Shown here: positions 44,690-57,259 of the stretch, in pieces
Layout: every line of letters begins with the position of its first letter
How positions within the stretch are numbered: position 1 is the stretch's first letter
Origin: an uncultured Alphaproteobacteria bacterium
Lineage (GTDB): Bacteria > Pseudomonadota > Alphaproteobacteria > Sphingomonadales > Sphingomonadaceae
Reading direction: 5' to 3'
DNA length: 64,000 nt
Assembly (NCBI GenBank): GCA_963831485.1
Contig: CAWHQE010000001.1
Coordinates: 85,288-149,287, forward strand
Made by a program: the position numbers and the translations under genes
Notes under the pieces: model-generated
What the model was told of the DNA's origin: nothing
Seen by the model: the letters and a program-made list of their open reading frames with translations, nothing else
Database searches by the model: none

Positions 44690-46532
44690 GCGGACCTGGT
44701 TCGAGCGATGTAATCGTCGACGTTCCTGGCAAGCACGTCCATCGGAACATTGCCGCCCAGCACGACCGCGTCATCGAATGCCTTCAGGCTGTAATTCGAC
44801 CCGAGCTCACGCTTTGCTTTGTCGCGGAGCTGATTGATCGTCATATGCCCGATCTTGTAGCCGCAGGCCTGGCCTGGCCATGCACAATATCTGTCGACCT
44901 CGTTCGCCACTTCGAGCGGATTGGAGCCGTTGACGTTGACGAAATAGTCGACCGCCTGTCGGCGCGTCCATTTCATCGCGTGGATGCCGGTGTCGACGAC
45001 CAGGCGCACGGCGCGGAATGAAATCGACTGGAGGTAGCCGAGCCTCGCCGCCGGGTTGCCGTCATAGGCGCCGAGCTCGTCGCCTAGTTGCTCCGCGTAC
45101 AGCGCCCAACCTTCCGAGTAGGCGTTGAACGCCAGCAGCTGCCGAATCAGCGGCTCCTTGTGCGTATATTCGCCTTGCCAGATGTGGCCAGGAATCGAAC
45201 TCGTGGAAGGTGAGATCCGCAAGGCTGTACTTGCGGTGCAGGTCGGTATTGCGAAGGTTGATCCAGAACCGCCCAGGTATCTTGCCGTCGATCGAACCGG
45301 CGCCGCCGTAAGCGGTCGGAGCGCCGGGCTCTTCTTCTGGCGACATCCGCTTCACCTCCACGTTCGGATGGACGAGTGTGTTGAAGGCGCGAGGGAGCTG
45401 CGCGTCGATCCACTTTAAGCGGTCCTGGATGAAGGCCATGATCTCGGCGCGCCCCTGGTCGCCATCCGAGAATTGATACTTCGGGTCTTTGGCGAGCGCT
45501 TTCATGCGATCGCCGACGCTGCCGGTCGTGTAGCCGATCTGCTTGAGGATCGAATCCATCTGCCGGTGCAGCTTTTGAAGCTGGTTCAGGCCCATCTGAT
45601 GGATCTGTTCAGGCGATAGCCTCGTCGTGGTGCCGGCCTTCAGCGCCCAACGATAATAAGCGTCGCCGTTCGGCCGGGCCCACATGCCAGCATCATCGGT
45701 CGACTTCTCACGCTCGGCCTGTAGCTCGGCGATCTGTCGCTGGATGGCAGGCGTCACCTGCTTCTCCAGGATGTCGCGCGCGGGCGTTTCCCAATCGCCC
45801 GAGATGCCCTTCGCCTTGGTCTTCTTGAGCAGCGTATCGACCATGGCTCCGCCGGACGCGGCGTCCTTGGCGGCCATTGTCAGCGCGGGAATGGTCTTGT
45901 CGATCAGGAAGCTCGGAGGAACGAGGCCTTTGCCGCGGGCTGTCTGGAGCCGCCCAAGCTCTCCGTCGAGAACCTTCGAAAGCTCTGACAAGCGCGAAAG
46001 ATAGGCGTCTGCGTCGGCCTTGGTTTCGAGCGGCTGGTCGTTGTTCAGCAACTGCGGAATGTCGAGCCACGCGCCGACATTCTGGATCACCACGTAAGGC
46101 GCGTTGCGCCAGCCGCCGACGGCCACGTCGCCATAGGGTTGGCCAAAACCTTCGACCGCGGTCTCGTACGCGCTTCGGACCACCTCGAAATTGGTGCGCA
46201 TCTGGAAGTTGAGACTGCTCGCATCGAACGCTTTCGCCCGGTCGAGGTCATCTCGAAGGACGCTCGCAATCCGATTTCTGGCCTGCGGCCGATCGATCCT
46301 CGAGCATTCCACGCAGCGCCGCTCGCGCACCGCTATCGACGCCAAGGCCCGTCGCGGCTTCCGGATAGAGGTTGAGGAAATGGTCGGCGAAGCTGTTGAG
46401 CAGCGGGAGTGGGTCTCCCGACGCTTCTCTGCCGGCTCCTATTTCCTTCTTGCAGGCCGAAAGCAGCGGCATGGCGGCGGTAGATGCGAGGGCGGCGACC
46501 GCTTGGCGACGAGTGAAGTCCGGCAATGGCAA
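44686..46532 (-). CDS. DUF885 family Tat lipoprotein, with two +1 indels near 46276 and 45198
   Basis: TRRQ...LSAC signal; corrected HESIPGH and EGWALYAE motifs, YCAWPGQACGYKIG; about 614 aa when joined. Confidence 0.85.
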
Positions 46533-46671
46533 TTCCTTGGGTCAGATGCAGCAGCTTGGCCCTTGACGAGGGCCGCTCCATTCCTTGTGAAGGAAGCGAC
46601 GCACGGAACGCAATTCCGACGAAGCGGCGGTCCGGTTCGCTGCGCGGTTGCGCCTGCCGAGGGGAGGGAAC

Positions 46672-48456
46672 ATGAGTGTGAAGTTGTTGGCATCGGCCGG
46701 GGCATTTCTGCTCGGGACGGCCGCCGTCTGTTCGCCGGTTTACGCGGCGCCCTCTGCCAAGCACACAGCGACGTCGGCCGACTTTCGGCTGAGAGCGCTC
46801 TACAACGGATATTCCGCGTGGGAGGACAAGGAGTTTGGCTTCTTCCAGGACAGCCGTGGTGAGCAGCAGAAGGCGGGATATCTTCCGCATGTCGATGAAG
46901 CGTCGCAACTCCGCCGGGCAACGCACGTCAAGGATCTTCTAGCCCAGCTAAACGCCATCAAGACGGCGCAGCTGTCGCCCGACGAGAAGCTGAACGCGGA
47001 GATTTTCCGCACCGTGATCGAGAACGAGATCTCCGATTACCAATTCCGGACCTGGGAGATGCCGTTCAATAGTGACAGCTCTTTTTGGACCTATCTCGAT
47101 GCATCGCAGCCGTTCGACGACGTGGACGGCTATCGCCGCTACATCGCCCGGCTGCGCGACGTTCCGCGCTATTTCGACGAGCAGATCCTCAACATGCGCG
47201 CAGGCCTTGCGCGCGGCTTCAGCGTTCCGCGCGCGACCCTCGAGGGCCGTGACAAATCGGTCGCGGCCTTCATCGTCGACGATCCAGAGAAGAGCAGCTT
47301 TTACAAACCGTTTGAGAAGTTTCCTTCGAATGTTCCTGCGCCCGACCAAGTGACCCTGAGAGCGGAAGCGAAAGCGGTGATCGGCCAGACTGTCATGCCC
47401 GCTTACGACAAGCTGCTTGGTTTCATTCGCGACGACTACATTTCGCACACACGGACCACGATCGCAGCGCACGACCTTCCGGACGGCGATGCCTTCTATC
47501 GCGCGCAGGTGCGCGAATATACGACGACCGACATGACGCCCCAGCAGATCCATGAGCTTGGACTGCAGGAAGTCGCGCGAATCCAGGCCGAGATGGAAAA
47601 GACAATGCGCGACAGCGGCTTCAAGGGCACATTGCCCGAGTTCCTGAAGTTTTTGAAAGGCGACCCGCAATTCTACGCGAAGACGCCTGACGAGCTGCTT
47701 GGCGTATCGGCCTATGTCACGAAGCGCGTCGACGGCGTCATCGGCCAGCACTTCGGCCTCCTCCCGCGCAAGCGGTTCGGCGTCATCCCAGTGCCCGATG
47801 CCCTCGCGCCTTTCTACACGTCCGGACGCGGCGGCCTCGAGAATTGCATGATGAACACCTACGATCTGCCGGTGCGACCGCTGTACAACATCCCCGTGCT
47901 CACGCTCCATGAATGCGAGCCCGGGCACAGCTTCCAGCTCGCACTGTCCTCGGAGCAGAAGGATCTGCCGTCCTTCCGCCGAAACCTCTATTTCTCGGGC
48001 ATGGGCGAGGGCTGGGGTCTTTACAGCGAGTGGCTGGGCGACGAGCTCGGCATCTACCGCACGCCCTATGAGAAATTCGGCCAGCTCAGCTACGACATGT
48101 GGCGCGCGGCGCGGCTCGTGATCGATACGGGCATCCACCAGGACGGCTGGTCGCGTCAGGAGGCGATCGATTATCTCGCTAGTCACACCGCACTGACCCA
48201 GCACGAGGTCGAGACCGAGGTCGACCGCTACATCAGCTGGCCGGGCCAGGCGCTTGCGTACAAGCTAGGCGAACTGACGATCCTACGGCTTCGCAAGGAC
48301 GCCGAAACGATGCTTGGACCGAAGTTCGACGAGCGCCGCTTCCATGACGCGATCCTGGCGCTGGGCTCGGTTCCGCTCAACGTCCTCGATGACCAGATTT
48401 ACGCCTTCATCAAGAAAGAGGCGGCAAGACCCCCCGCCACGTCCGCGTCAAACTAG
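46672..48456 (+). CDS. DUF885 family secreted protein
   Basis: Sec-type signal; HECEPGH, EGWGLYSE and YISWPGQALAYKLG motifs. Confidence 0.88.
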   Translation: MSVKLLASAGAFLLGTAAVCSPVYAAPSAKHTATSADFRLRALYNGYSAWEDKEFGFFQDSRGEQQKAGYLPHVDEASQLRRATHVKDLLAQLNAIKTAQLSPDEKLNAEIFRTVIENEISDYQFRTWEMPFNSDSSFWTYLDASQPFDDVDGYRRYIARLRDVPRYFDEQILNMRAGLARGFSVPRATLEGRDKSVAAFIVDDPEKSSFYKPFEKFPSNVPAPDQVTLRAEAKAVIGQTVMPAYDKLLGFIRDDYISHTRTTIAAHDLPDGDAFYRAQVREYTTTDMTPQQIHELGLQEVARIQAEMEKTMRDSGFKGTLPEFLKFLKGDPQFYAKTPDELLGVSAYVTKRVDGVIGQHFGLLPRKRFGVIPVPDALAPFYTSGRGGLENCMMNTYDLPVRPLYNIPVLTLHECEPGHSFQLALSSEQKDLPSFRRNLYFSGMGEGWGLYSEWLGDELGIYRTPYEKFGQLSYDMWRAARLVIDTGIHQDGWSRQEAIDYLASHTALTQHEVETEVDRYISWPGQALAYKLGELTILRLRKDAETMLGPKFDERRFHDAILALGSVPLNVLDDQIYAFIKKEAARPPATSASN

Positions 48457-48917
48457 GCCGGAGGCGGAAGTACGTGCTCGGGCTCGACCTTCAGGCAATT
48501 GCCGTCGATGTCGACGATTCGAACCCGTTCACCGGGCTGTGCGGGGCCGCCGCGCGCTGACCATTCGCTGTCGCCGACGCGAACCCGACCGCCATTGGCG
48601 TCAACCGGCTGGCTAACGACGACAACCTTGCCAAGCAGGCGCTTTGCCCGATCGTTGAGCAAGGGATCCGACGAATAGTCGAAGCGCATCGAATAGGCGC
48701 GCCGGCCGCCGATCCGTGCCGCAAGAAAGGCGAGGACCGCGAAGATTGCGAACTGAAGCGGCAGGCTGAGCGGCAGCAGCAGCGCGGCCAGGCCGGTAGC
48801 GATGGCAGCTCCGCCGATAAACACCAGGAAGAATCCCGGCGCGATCAGCTCGGCAATCAGCAGGACGACGCCGCCGATCAGCCACATCCATTCGGGGTCG
48901 AGGTGCACGCCGCTCAC
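48453..48917 (-). CDS. NfeD-like membrane protein
   Basis: Three TM helices plus C-terminal OB-like GRVRVGDSEWSA; downstream of the SPFH gene. Confidence 0.88.
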   Translation of the reverse strand: MSGVHLDPEWMWLIGGVVLLIAELIAPGFFLVFIGGAAIATGLAALLLPLSLPLQFAIFAVLAFLAARIGGRRAYSMRFDYSSDPLLNDRAKRLLGKVVVVSQPVDANGGRVRVGDSEWSARGGPAQPGERVRIVDIDGNCLKVEPEHVLPPPA

Positions 48918-49882
48918 TCGCCTGCTTTAGGAACGCTCGCGGGTGGCTTTGGCTTGGGCGGCAGCGGCTGGGCACCGCGCCCGATGGCTTCCTTCGCAAG
49001 CTCGCCGATTCCACCCAAGGTTCCAATGAGTTGGGTCGCTTCGACCGGGAACAAGATCGTCTTGGCATTGGGGGAACGAGCAAACTCCGCAACGGCTTCG
49101 ACATACTTCTGGGCAATGAAATAATTGATCGCCTGCGCACTGCCTTGCTCGATCGCATCACTAACTGCCTTCGTGGCCGTCGCTTCGGCTTGAGCCGCGC
49201 GCTCGCGCGCCTCGGCCTCGCGGAACGCTGCTTCACGGCCGCCCTCCGCCTGGAGGATCGCGGACTGCTTCTCGCCTTCGGCTTTCAGGATCGCGGACTG
49301 GCGCATGCCCTCCGCTTCGAGGATGACCGCCCGCTTCTCGCGCTCCGCCTTCATCTGACGGGTCATCGCGTTGACGATGTCCTGCGGCGGACGGATGTCG
49401 CGAAGCTCGACGCGGGTGATTTTCACGCCCCAAGATTCCGTCGCCTGATCGACCACCGACAAGAGCTTGACGTTGATCTCGTCGCGCCTCGAGAGGGTCT
49501 CGTCGAGGTCCATCGAGCCCATCACCGTCCTCAGGTTCGTCGTCGAGAGGGCGGTGATTGCACTATAGAGGTCGTACACCTCGTAAGCCGCCTTGGCCGC
49601 GTCGAGCACCTGGAAGAAGACCACGCCGTCGACCGCGACCATGGCGTTGTCCTTGGTGATGATCTCCTGCCCGGGGATCTCGAGGACCTGCTCCATCATG
49701 TTGATGCGGCGGCCGACCCGGTAAAAGAATGGCGTCACGTAATTGAATCCGGGTTCGGCGACGCGCACGAAGCGGCCGAAATGTTCGATCGTATAACGAT
49801 AACCCTGGCGGACGATCTTGACGCCCATCATCACGTAGAGAAGCACTAGAACCGCAACGGCGGCCGCGAACGTCGTAAGCAT
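48914..49882 (-). CDS. SPFH/Band 7/stomatin family protein
   Basis: QEIITKDNAMVAVDG, MDLDETLSRRDEIN and QMKAER motifs. Confidence 0.93.
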   Translation of the reverse strand: MLTTFAAAVAVLVLLYVMMGVKIVRQGYRYTIEHFGRFVRVAEPGFNYVTPFFYRVGRRINMMEQVLEIPGQEIITKDNAMVAVDGVVFFQVLDAAKAAYEVYDLYSAITALSTTNLRTVMGSMDLDETLSRRDEINVKLLSVVDQATESWGVKITRVELRDIRPPQDIVNAMTRQMKAEREKRAVILEAEGMRQSAILKAEGEKQSAILQAEGGREAAFREAEARERAAQAEATATKAVSDAIEQGSAQAINYFIAQKYVEAVAEFARSPNAKTILFPVEATQLIGTLGGIGELAKEAIGRGAQPLPPKPKPPASVPKAGE

Positions 49883-49926
49883 TTTTCTTCCCCGCTATCC
49901 CCGGATCAGGGCATGATGGGACGGTG

Positions 49927-50757
49927 ATGGTCCAATCGGAAGCGAAAAACGACAAGAACATCGACCTGTTCGCCGTGCGGTCGCTGCTTTTCCTGCCCGC
50001 GTCGAACCCACGCGCGATTGCCAGGGCGAAGGAAGCGGGTGCTGATCTCGTTGTCCTCGACCTTGAAGATGCGGTTAGGCCGGGCGACAAGGATGCGGCG
50101 CGCGATGCGGCGGTCGAGGCGGTTTCAAACGCTTGGGCGATGCCAGTCGCGATCCGAGTGAATGGCGTCGGCACCGAATGGCACTCGCTCGATATCGACG
50201 CCGTGGCGCGGTCAAAGGCTGACTTGGCTGTCCTGCCCCGTGCAACTTCAGGGCAGCTGGCCCACGACTTCGCTGAGGCGGTGGACAAGCCCGTGCTGGC
50301 GATGGTTGAGACCGCCGCGGGCGTGCTCGCCGCGGCCGAGATTGCGCCACAAACAGCCGGCCTGATCGCTGGGACGAACGATCTTCGCGCAGATCTCCGC
50401 CTGCCTCTCGATGCGATGCGAGAGCCGATTTCGACTGCTCTCCAGCTGATCGTCTTGGCAGCGCGCGCCGCGGGGGTCGCTGCGTTCGACGGCGTCTTCA
50501 ACAAGCTCGAGGACTCCGACGGCTTCCTCAAGGAAGCAGCGGAAGGGCGGCAGCTCGGATTCGATGGCAAGAGCCTCATCCATCCCAATCAGATCGAGCC
50601 CTGCCACTACGCCTTCGCTCCGAGCGAGGCGGAGGTCGAGCGGGCAAAGGCACTCGTCGAGGCTTTCCACGGCGGCGCTGAGCGCTTCGGCAACGAAATG
50701 ATCGAGCGAATGCACATCGATGCCGCTGAGCGTTTGCTGGCGAGGGCTAACGCCTAG
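49927..50757 (+). CDS. HpcH/HpaI aldolase / citrate lyase beta (CitE) family protein
   Basis: RSLLFLPA, DLEDAV, IRVN and GKSLIHPNQI motifs. Confidence 0.88.
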   Translation: MVQSEAKNDKNIDLFAVRSLLFLPASNPRAIARAKEAGADLVVLDLEDAVRPGDKDAARDAAVEAVSNAWAMPVAIRVNGVGTEWHSLDIDAVARSKADLAVLPRATSGQLAHDFAEAVDKPVLAMVETAAGVLAAAEIAPQTAGLIAGTNDLRADLRLPLDAMREPISTALQLIVLAARAAGVAAFDGVFNKLEDSDGFLKEAAEGRQLGFDGKSLIHPNQIEPCHYAFAPSEAEVERAKALVEAFHGGAERFGNEMIERMHIDAAERLLARANA

Positions 50758-50797
50758 CGAGGCTTGGCGAATTGCACCGGGCCTGTCATGGGCCGAT

Positions 50798-52271
<1,474 letters not shown>

Positions 52272-52274
52272 CCG

Positions 52275-53449
52275 ATGACCCCCGCCGCTCGCCTGCAGGC
52301 GGTCATTGAAGTGCTGGACGAGGTCATTGTGTCGGCGCGCGAAGACGGCCCGCCGGCGGATGCGATTGTTACCCGCTATTTCAGGCATCGCCGCTATGCC
52401 GGTTCGAAGGACCGGCGAGCGGTGCGCGAACTCGTGTTCCGAGCCATCAGACGCTCGGCGGAGCGACCTGAGAGTGGTCGATCCGCAGTGTTGGGTTTGA
52501 CGAAAGACGAACCCGCCCTATCGGACCTCTTCGGTCAGCCGCGGGGACCGGATCCGCTGGAAGAAAATGAGGCCGCCGCCGAGGCGAGCCTGATTCCCGC
52601 TTGGCTCAGTCCCGAGCTCTCGCCACGCGTTTCGCGAGACGAGTGGCGGCAACTGTTGGAACGCGCACCGCTCGACCTCAGAGTGAATGGAGCGAGGGCA
52701 TCGCGCGACGACCTCCTCGGTGCGTTCCCGGGAGGGGCGCCGACACCGATCAGCCCATTCGGCATTCGCCTTCCTTCCGACAGTCGCATCGATGACCATC
52801 CGGCCTTCGAGGGCGGCCTTGTCGAGGTGCAAGATGAGGGCAGCCAGTTGATCGCGATCGCTTGCGAACCTGCGGCCGGCGAGCGGATCATCGACCTTTG
52901 CGCCGGCGCCGGTGGCAAGTCGCTGGCGCTTGCAGGCCTTGCTCCTGATGCGACAATCCTCGCCACCGATAGCAACCGCCTACGGCTTTCGAAGCTCGCT
53001 CCGCGTGCCAAGCGCGCCGGCGCAGCTGTCGATACCCAATTGCTGAGCCAGCCCAATGAGCTGTTAGAGCTCGAAGATTGGCGCGGTAACAGCCATCTCG
53101 TCCTCGTCGATGCACCATGTTCCGGAAGCGGTACTTGGCGCCGCAATCCAGAGGGGCGGTGGCGCCTGACACCCGAGGACTCGACCGTCTGACCCAGGCT
53201 CAGGAGCGGCTGCTCGATATCGCCGCCGAACTCGTCCGGCCTGGAGGACGGCTTGTCTACGCGGTCTGCTCCCTGCTGTCCCGTGAAGGGGCAGTGCAGA
53301 TCGAGCGCTTCTTCCAGCGCCATTCATCGTGGATTAGTGAGGAAACGCCCATTCGTACGGGGCGTGCGGATGGAGCAGGGCGACTGTTGACGCCAGGCCA
53401 CGACCGTACCGACGGCTTTTTCGTCGCGCGGCTTCGCCGTCCATGCTAG
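52275..53449 (+). CDS. RsmB/NOP family RNA m5C methyltransferase, with a -1 indel near 53177
   Basis: VQDEGSQL, DLCAGAGGKSL and LVDAPCSGSGTWRRNP; YAVCSLL continues in the next frame. Confidence 0.9.
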
Positions 53450-53472
53450 GCGGCGAGCGAGAATTGGAGAGA

Positions 53473-53973
53473 ATGATGAAGTCCTATCCGCGTCTTCTGT
53501 TCGCCGGCTTCGCCGCGATTGCGCTTGCGGCGCCGGTTGCCGGCCAGCGGTCCGACGACCAGATCCAGCCGAAGTCGGTCCAGCTGATGCATCAGGGCCA
53601 GACAGCGCTTGCATCTGGCAAGCTGGAGGATGCGGAGAACGCGCTCGAAACGGCACTCGTCGTCGATCCGCGCAACCGTTGGGCCTATGTCGATCTCGCC
53701 CGAGTGGCGGAGAAGCAGCATCTCTACGGCAAGGCGATCCGTATGACGAACAAGGCGCTTCTGATTGAACCGAACGACCCGGACGCGATCGCAGTTCAGG
53801 GCGAGGCGATGGTCGAGATGGGTGCGACTGCCCGTGCGCAGGAAAATCTTCAGAAGCTTCAGCAGATCTGCGGCTCGAAGGGATGTGCCCAAGCGTCGCA
53901 GCTGTCTTCTGCGATTAGCCGCGGGCCGACTGTCGCTGCAGCGAAGACTCCGGACACGCCCAAGAAGGACTGA
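53473..53973 (+). CDS. Secreted tetratricopeptide repeat protein
   Basis: Signal peptide followed by TPR-like helical pairs (ALVVDPRN, ALLIEPND). Confidence 0.8.
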   Translation: MMKSYPRLLFAGFAAIALAAPVAGQRSDDQIQPKSVQLMHQGQTALASGKLEDAENALETALVVDPRNRWAYVDLARVAEKQHLYGKAIRMTNKALLIEPNDPDAIAVQGEAMVEMGATARAQENLQKLQQICGSKGCAQASQLSSAISRGPTVAAAKTPDTPKKD

Positions 53974-53977
53974 TGCG

Positions 53978-54790
53978 TTAGCTGAGAGCCTTCGCCAGCT
54001 CCATCCATTCCGCGACTCTGATTGTCTCCGCGCGGCGCTGCGTATCAATTCCCAGCGTCTCCGCCGCTTCCAAGGCTCCAGGCATCTGCTTGAGACTTGA
54101 GCGCAACATCTTGCGCCGCTGACCGAATGCCGCCTGCGTAAGCTTTTCGAGGACAGTAGGACAAACTCCTTCGGGCTGCTCCCCAGGAACAATGTGAACC
54201 ATTGAGGAGGTGACTTTGGGCGGCGGCACGAAAGCCGAACGATTGACCGTCATCGCAATTCGCGGACGGGACCTCCACTGCGCCGCAACCGAGAGCCGTC
54301 CGTAGGTGTCGCTTCCGGGGCTCGCCACGATCCGCTCGGCGACCTCCTTCTGGAACATGAGCGTGAGCGATCGCCACCACGGCGGCCAATCGACCGAAAG
54401 CCATTTGAGAAGCAGTGCTGTCCCAACATTGTAGGGGAGGTTGGCCACGACGTGGACGCCCGTGCCGACCGCTTGCGGTTCATCGACTTCGAGCGCGTCA
54501 GCCTCGAGCAACTCGAGCCGGTCACCGAATTGGTGACGAAGCTCGTCGAGTGCCGGGATGCAGCGACGGTCTCGTTCCACCGCCGTGACCTGTGCTCCTG
54601 CGTCGAGGAGCGCCCGGGTGAGTCCGCCCGGACCTGGTCCGACCTCATAGACGCGCTCGTCCTCCAAGTTCCCAGGAATTGCAGCAATACGTCCGAGCAA
54701 TTGCCGGTCCAGGATAAAGTTTTGGCCAAGCGCCTTGCTCGCGCTCAATCCGTGCCGTGCAATGACGTCGCGAAGCGGTTCGGGGGTCAA
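53978..54790 (-). CDS. rsmA: 16S rRNA dimethyladenosine transferase
   Basis: LGQNFI, EVGPGPGGLT and ANLPYNV motifs. Confidence 0.96.
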   Translation of the reverse strand: MTPEPLRDVIARHGLSASKALGQNFILDRQLLGRIAAIPGNLEDERVYEVGPGPGGLTRALLDAGAQVTAVERDRRCIPALDELRHQFGDRLELLEADALEVDEPQAVGTGVHVVANLPYNVGTALLLKWLSVDWPPWWRSLTLMFQKEVAERIVASPGSDTYGRLSVAAQWRSRPRIAMTVNRSAFVPPPKVTSSMVHIVPGEQPEGVCPTVLEKLTQAAFGQRRKMLRSSLKQMPGALEAAETLGIDTQRRAETIRVAEWMELAKALS

Positions 54791-55791
54791 GGAGCCTCGG
54801 CGCGGAACATGGCATTATGTCCAGCCATGCGGATTGCCGCCGCCATCGGCCGCGGGTCCGCCCGATCCAGCCCGGCAATGTCGAACGCGGTGCCATGGTC
54901 GGGCGCCGTTCGGACGATCGGAAGGCCCAGCGTCACGTTGACCGCGTCCTGGAAGTGCAGCGCCTTGATCGGGATCAGCGCCTGGTCGTGGTACATGCAG
55001 AGCGCCGCATCGTAGTTGGCGCGCGCACTTTCGTGAAACATGGTGTCCGCGGGGTGGGGACCGCTCACCCGCCAACCTTCCGCCGCAAGCGCGGCGATCG
55101 CCGGTTGGATGATTTCGACCTCCTCGATGCCGAGCTGGCCGCCTTCACCGGCGTGGGGATTGAGTCCTGATATGGCAAGCCGCGGCTCGGGTATTCCAAA
55201 GTTTCGTTGAAGGCCTCTGAGCGCCGCACGTCCGCGCAATTCGATCAACGCAGCGGTAAGCTGGCCGGGTACGGCCGCAAGCGGCAGATGGGTCGTGACC
55301 GGCACCGTCCGAAGCGTGGGACCAGCCAGCATCATGACGACGTTCGCGGCGGCAATTCCGCATCGCTCCGCGACAAACTCGGTCTGACCTGGATGCTGGA
55401 AGCCGATGGAATAGAGTTGCTCCTTTGCCACGGGACCCGTCACGACTGCCGAGGCCGAGCCCGATCGCGCGAGCCCGACCGCGATTTCGAGCGAATCGAG
55501 TGAGCAGTGGGCGCCGGCGACACTCGGATGCCCTGGCGTGTCGGCATCCGCCGCGTTGAGCTGGATCAGCGGAAGGCCGACGTCGAACGCCGAATCGGCC
55601 TGACGGGGGTCGTCGATGATTTCGATCGGGCCATCCCACACCGCTGCGATTGACCGCGGGTCACCGATCGCAACGAATGGCAGCAACTGGAACTCATCGC
55701 GCGAATCCCAGCATTTTGCGATGACTTCAGGTCCGATCCCCGCTGGATCGCCAAGCGAAACTGCAAGGGGGCTGGGCGGCGCGGCCGACAT
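54787..55791 (-). CDS. pdxA: 4-hydroxythreonine-4-phosphate dehydrogenase
   Basis: GDPAGIGPE, GLNPHAGE, MYHDQAL and RTAPDHGTA motifs. Confidence 0.96.
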   Translation of the reverse strand: MSAAPPSPLAVSLGDPAGIGPEVIAKCWDSRDEFQLLPFVAIGDPRSIAAVWDGPIEIIDDPRQADSAFDVGLPLIQLNAADADTPGHPSVAGAHCSLDSLEIAVGLARSGSASAVVTGPVAKEQLYSIGFQHPGQTEFVAERCGIAAANVVMMLAGPTLRTVPVTTHLPLAAVPGQLTAALIELRGRAALRGLQRNFGIPEPRLAISGLNPHAGEGGQLGIEEVEIIQPAIAALAAEGWRVSGPHPADTMFHESARANYDAALCMYHDQALIPIKALHFQDAVNVTLGLPIVRTAPDHGTAFDIAGLDRADPRPMAAAIRMAGHNAMFRAEAP

Positions 55792-55819
55792 GGAAGCCGC
55801 CCTTATCGGAAATGATCGA

Positions 55820-57196
55820 TTAGCGGAATTCGATCACCGCGTCGCGGCGAAGATCGGCAAGATACCGCCGCGCGCGGGTGTTCACCCGCTCTTCGTTGAG
55901 CTGGCTGTAAATGTCGTCGTAGGTCGGAGCCGACGAATCCGCCTGGTCACGGCCGCAGATCACGAGCGTGCGAACGCCTTCCTCGATCGTTCCGAACGGC
56001 GGGGTCGCCTGACCGACCTGCATCGGGACCATCATCTGCTGAAGAGCCGTTGGGAGATCGCGCATCTTGACCTGGTCGCTCGACACGACCTCGCCGTGGA
56101 ATTCAGCAGCAATCTTGTCAGTGCCGCCACAGCCGCCAATGCTCTTCGCCGCGTTGGCAAACTTCTCCAGCGTCGGCTCTGCTTGATCACGCGTCGTGCC
56201 CTTGGGGAAGGTGATCGAAACCTGCTTGAGGCTGAGGATCGCATCGCGCGGATCCGCCGTCAGGATCTTGCGCGTATCCTGCACCGCAATGATGGAAACG
56301 CCGCCCGGCACAGGGATCGGATTGCTGATCGTCCCCGGCGTCATATTACGGAGCGCCGCAGCGAGTGGGGCGGGCAGCTGCTCCGGGCGGACCCAGCCGA
56401 GGTCGCCGCCTACCGCCGCTGTCGATGCTTCCGAATATTGACGAGCGTATCCGGCGAATGAGGCGCCGTTTTTCAGCTGATCCAGGATTTTGCTCGCATT
56501 CTGGAGCGTCTGGTCCTGCGTGTAGGGCGTTGCGGACAGGAAAATCTCGCCGACGCGATACTCCTCTGTGCCCTTCGATGCGTTGAGGCGATCGAGAACG
56601 GCCTTCACTTCATCGTCGCCGACGCTGACGCCGCTTTCGATCTTGTCGTGCTGCAGGCGGGTCCAGGCGATCTCACCTTGGATCTGCCGCCGCATTGAAG
56701 CGATCGAGGATCCGTGGAGGAGCAGATAGTCCTTCAGCTGATCCGGGGTCTGCTTCACGCCCGCGGCGACACGGGCGACAGTGCGGTCGATCTCAGCAGG
56801 CTTGATCTCGATCTTGTCGTCCTTTGCCGCCTGGATCTGAAGCGTTTCGTCGATCAGGTTGCGAAGGACCTGCTGACGGAGCGCGTCCACCTGGTCAGCG
56901 GGGATTTCGTTGCCGTTCGCAATGGCAAGCAGCGCAAGGCGCTCGTCGACGTCTGTCTGCGTGATGACGTCGCCGTTGACCAGTGCCGTCGCCTTGATGA
57001 CCGAGGGCATGGCAGTGCCGAAAACTTCCGGATTCTCGGGAAGGTGAAGTGACTGGGTGCTGTTGATTGGCGGGGAGTTCTGCTGATCGTCAGCCTGCTG
57101 GGCGGTGGCCCCGCTTGCAGCGCCGAGCAGGATGGCGCCGCTCGCAATCATGGTGCGCGTGGAATTCAGTCGGAAAGCTCGTGCCACGATTTTCAA
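55820..57196 (-). CDS. surA: SurA periplasmic chaperone / PPIase
   Basis: Between lptD and pdxA; NGDVITQTD and GGDLGWV motifs; the start could be 57151. Confidence 0.88.
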   Translation of the reverse strand: MKIVARAFRLNSTRTMIASGAILLGAASGATAQQADDQQNSPPINSTQSLHLPENPEVFGTAMPSVIKATALVNGDVITQTDVDERLALLAIANGNEIPADQVDALRQQVLRNLIDETLQIQAAKDDKIEIKPAEIDRTVARVAAGVKQTPDQLKDYLLLHGSSIASMRRQIQGEIAWTRLQHDKIESGVSVGDDEVKAVLDRLNASKGTEEYRVGEIFLSATPYTQDQTLQNASKILDQLKNGASFAGYARQYSEASTAAVGGDLGWVRPEQLPAPLAAALRNMTPGTISNPIPVPGGVSIIAVQDTRKILTADPRDAILSLKQVSITFPKGTTRDQAEPTLEKFANAAKSIGGCGGTDKIAAEFHGEVVSSDQVKMRDLPTALQQMMVPMQVGQATPPFGTIEEGVRTLVICGRDQADSSAPTYDDIYSQLNEERVNTRARRYLADLRRDAVIEFR

Positions 57197-57259
57197 AATT
57201 CCCTTGATTTGCAGCCTGCTGCGGTCATCGCCGTTTATTCAAGCCCGCTGAACGCAGCC

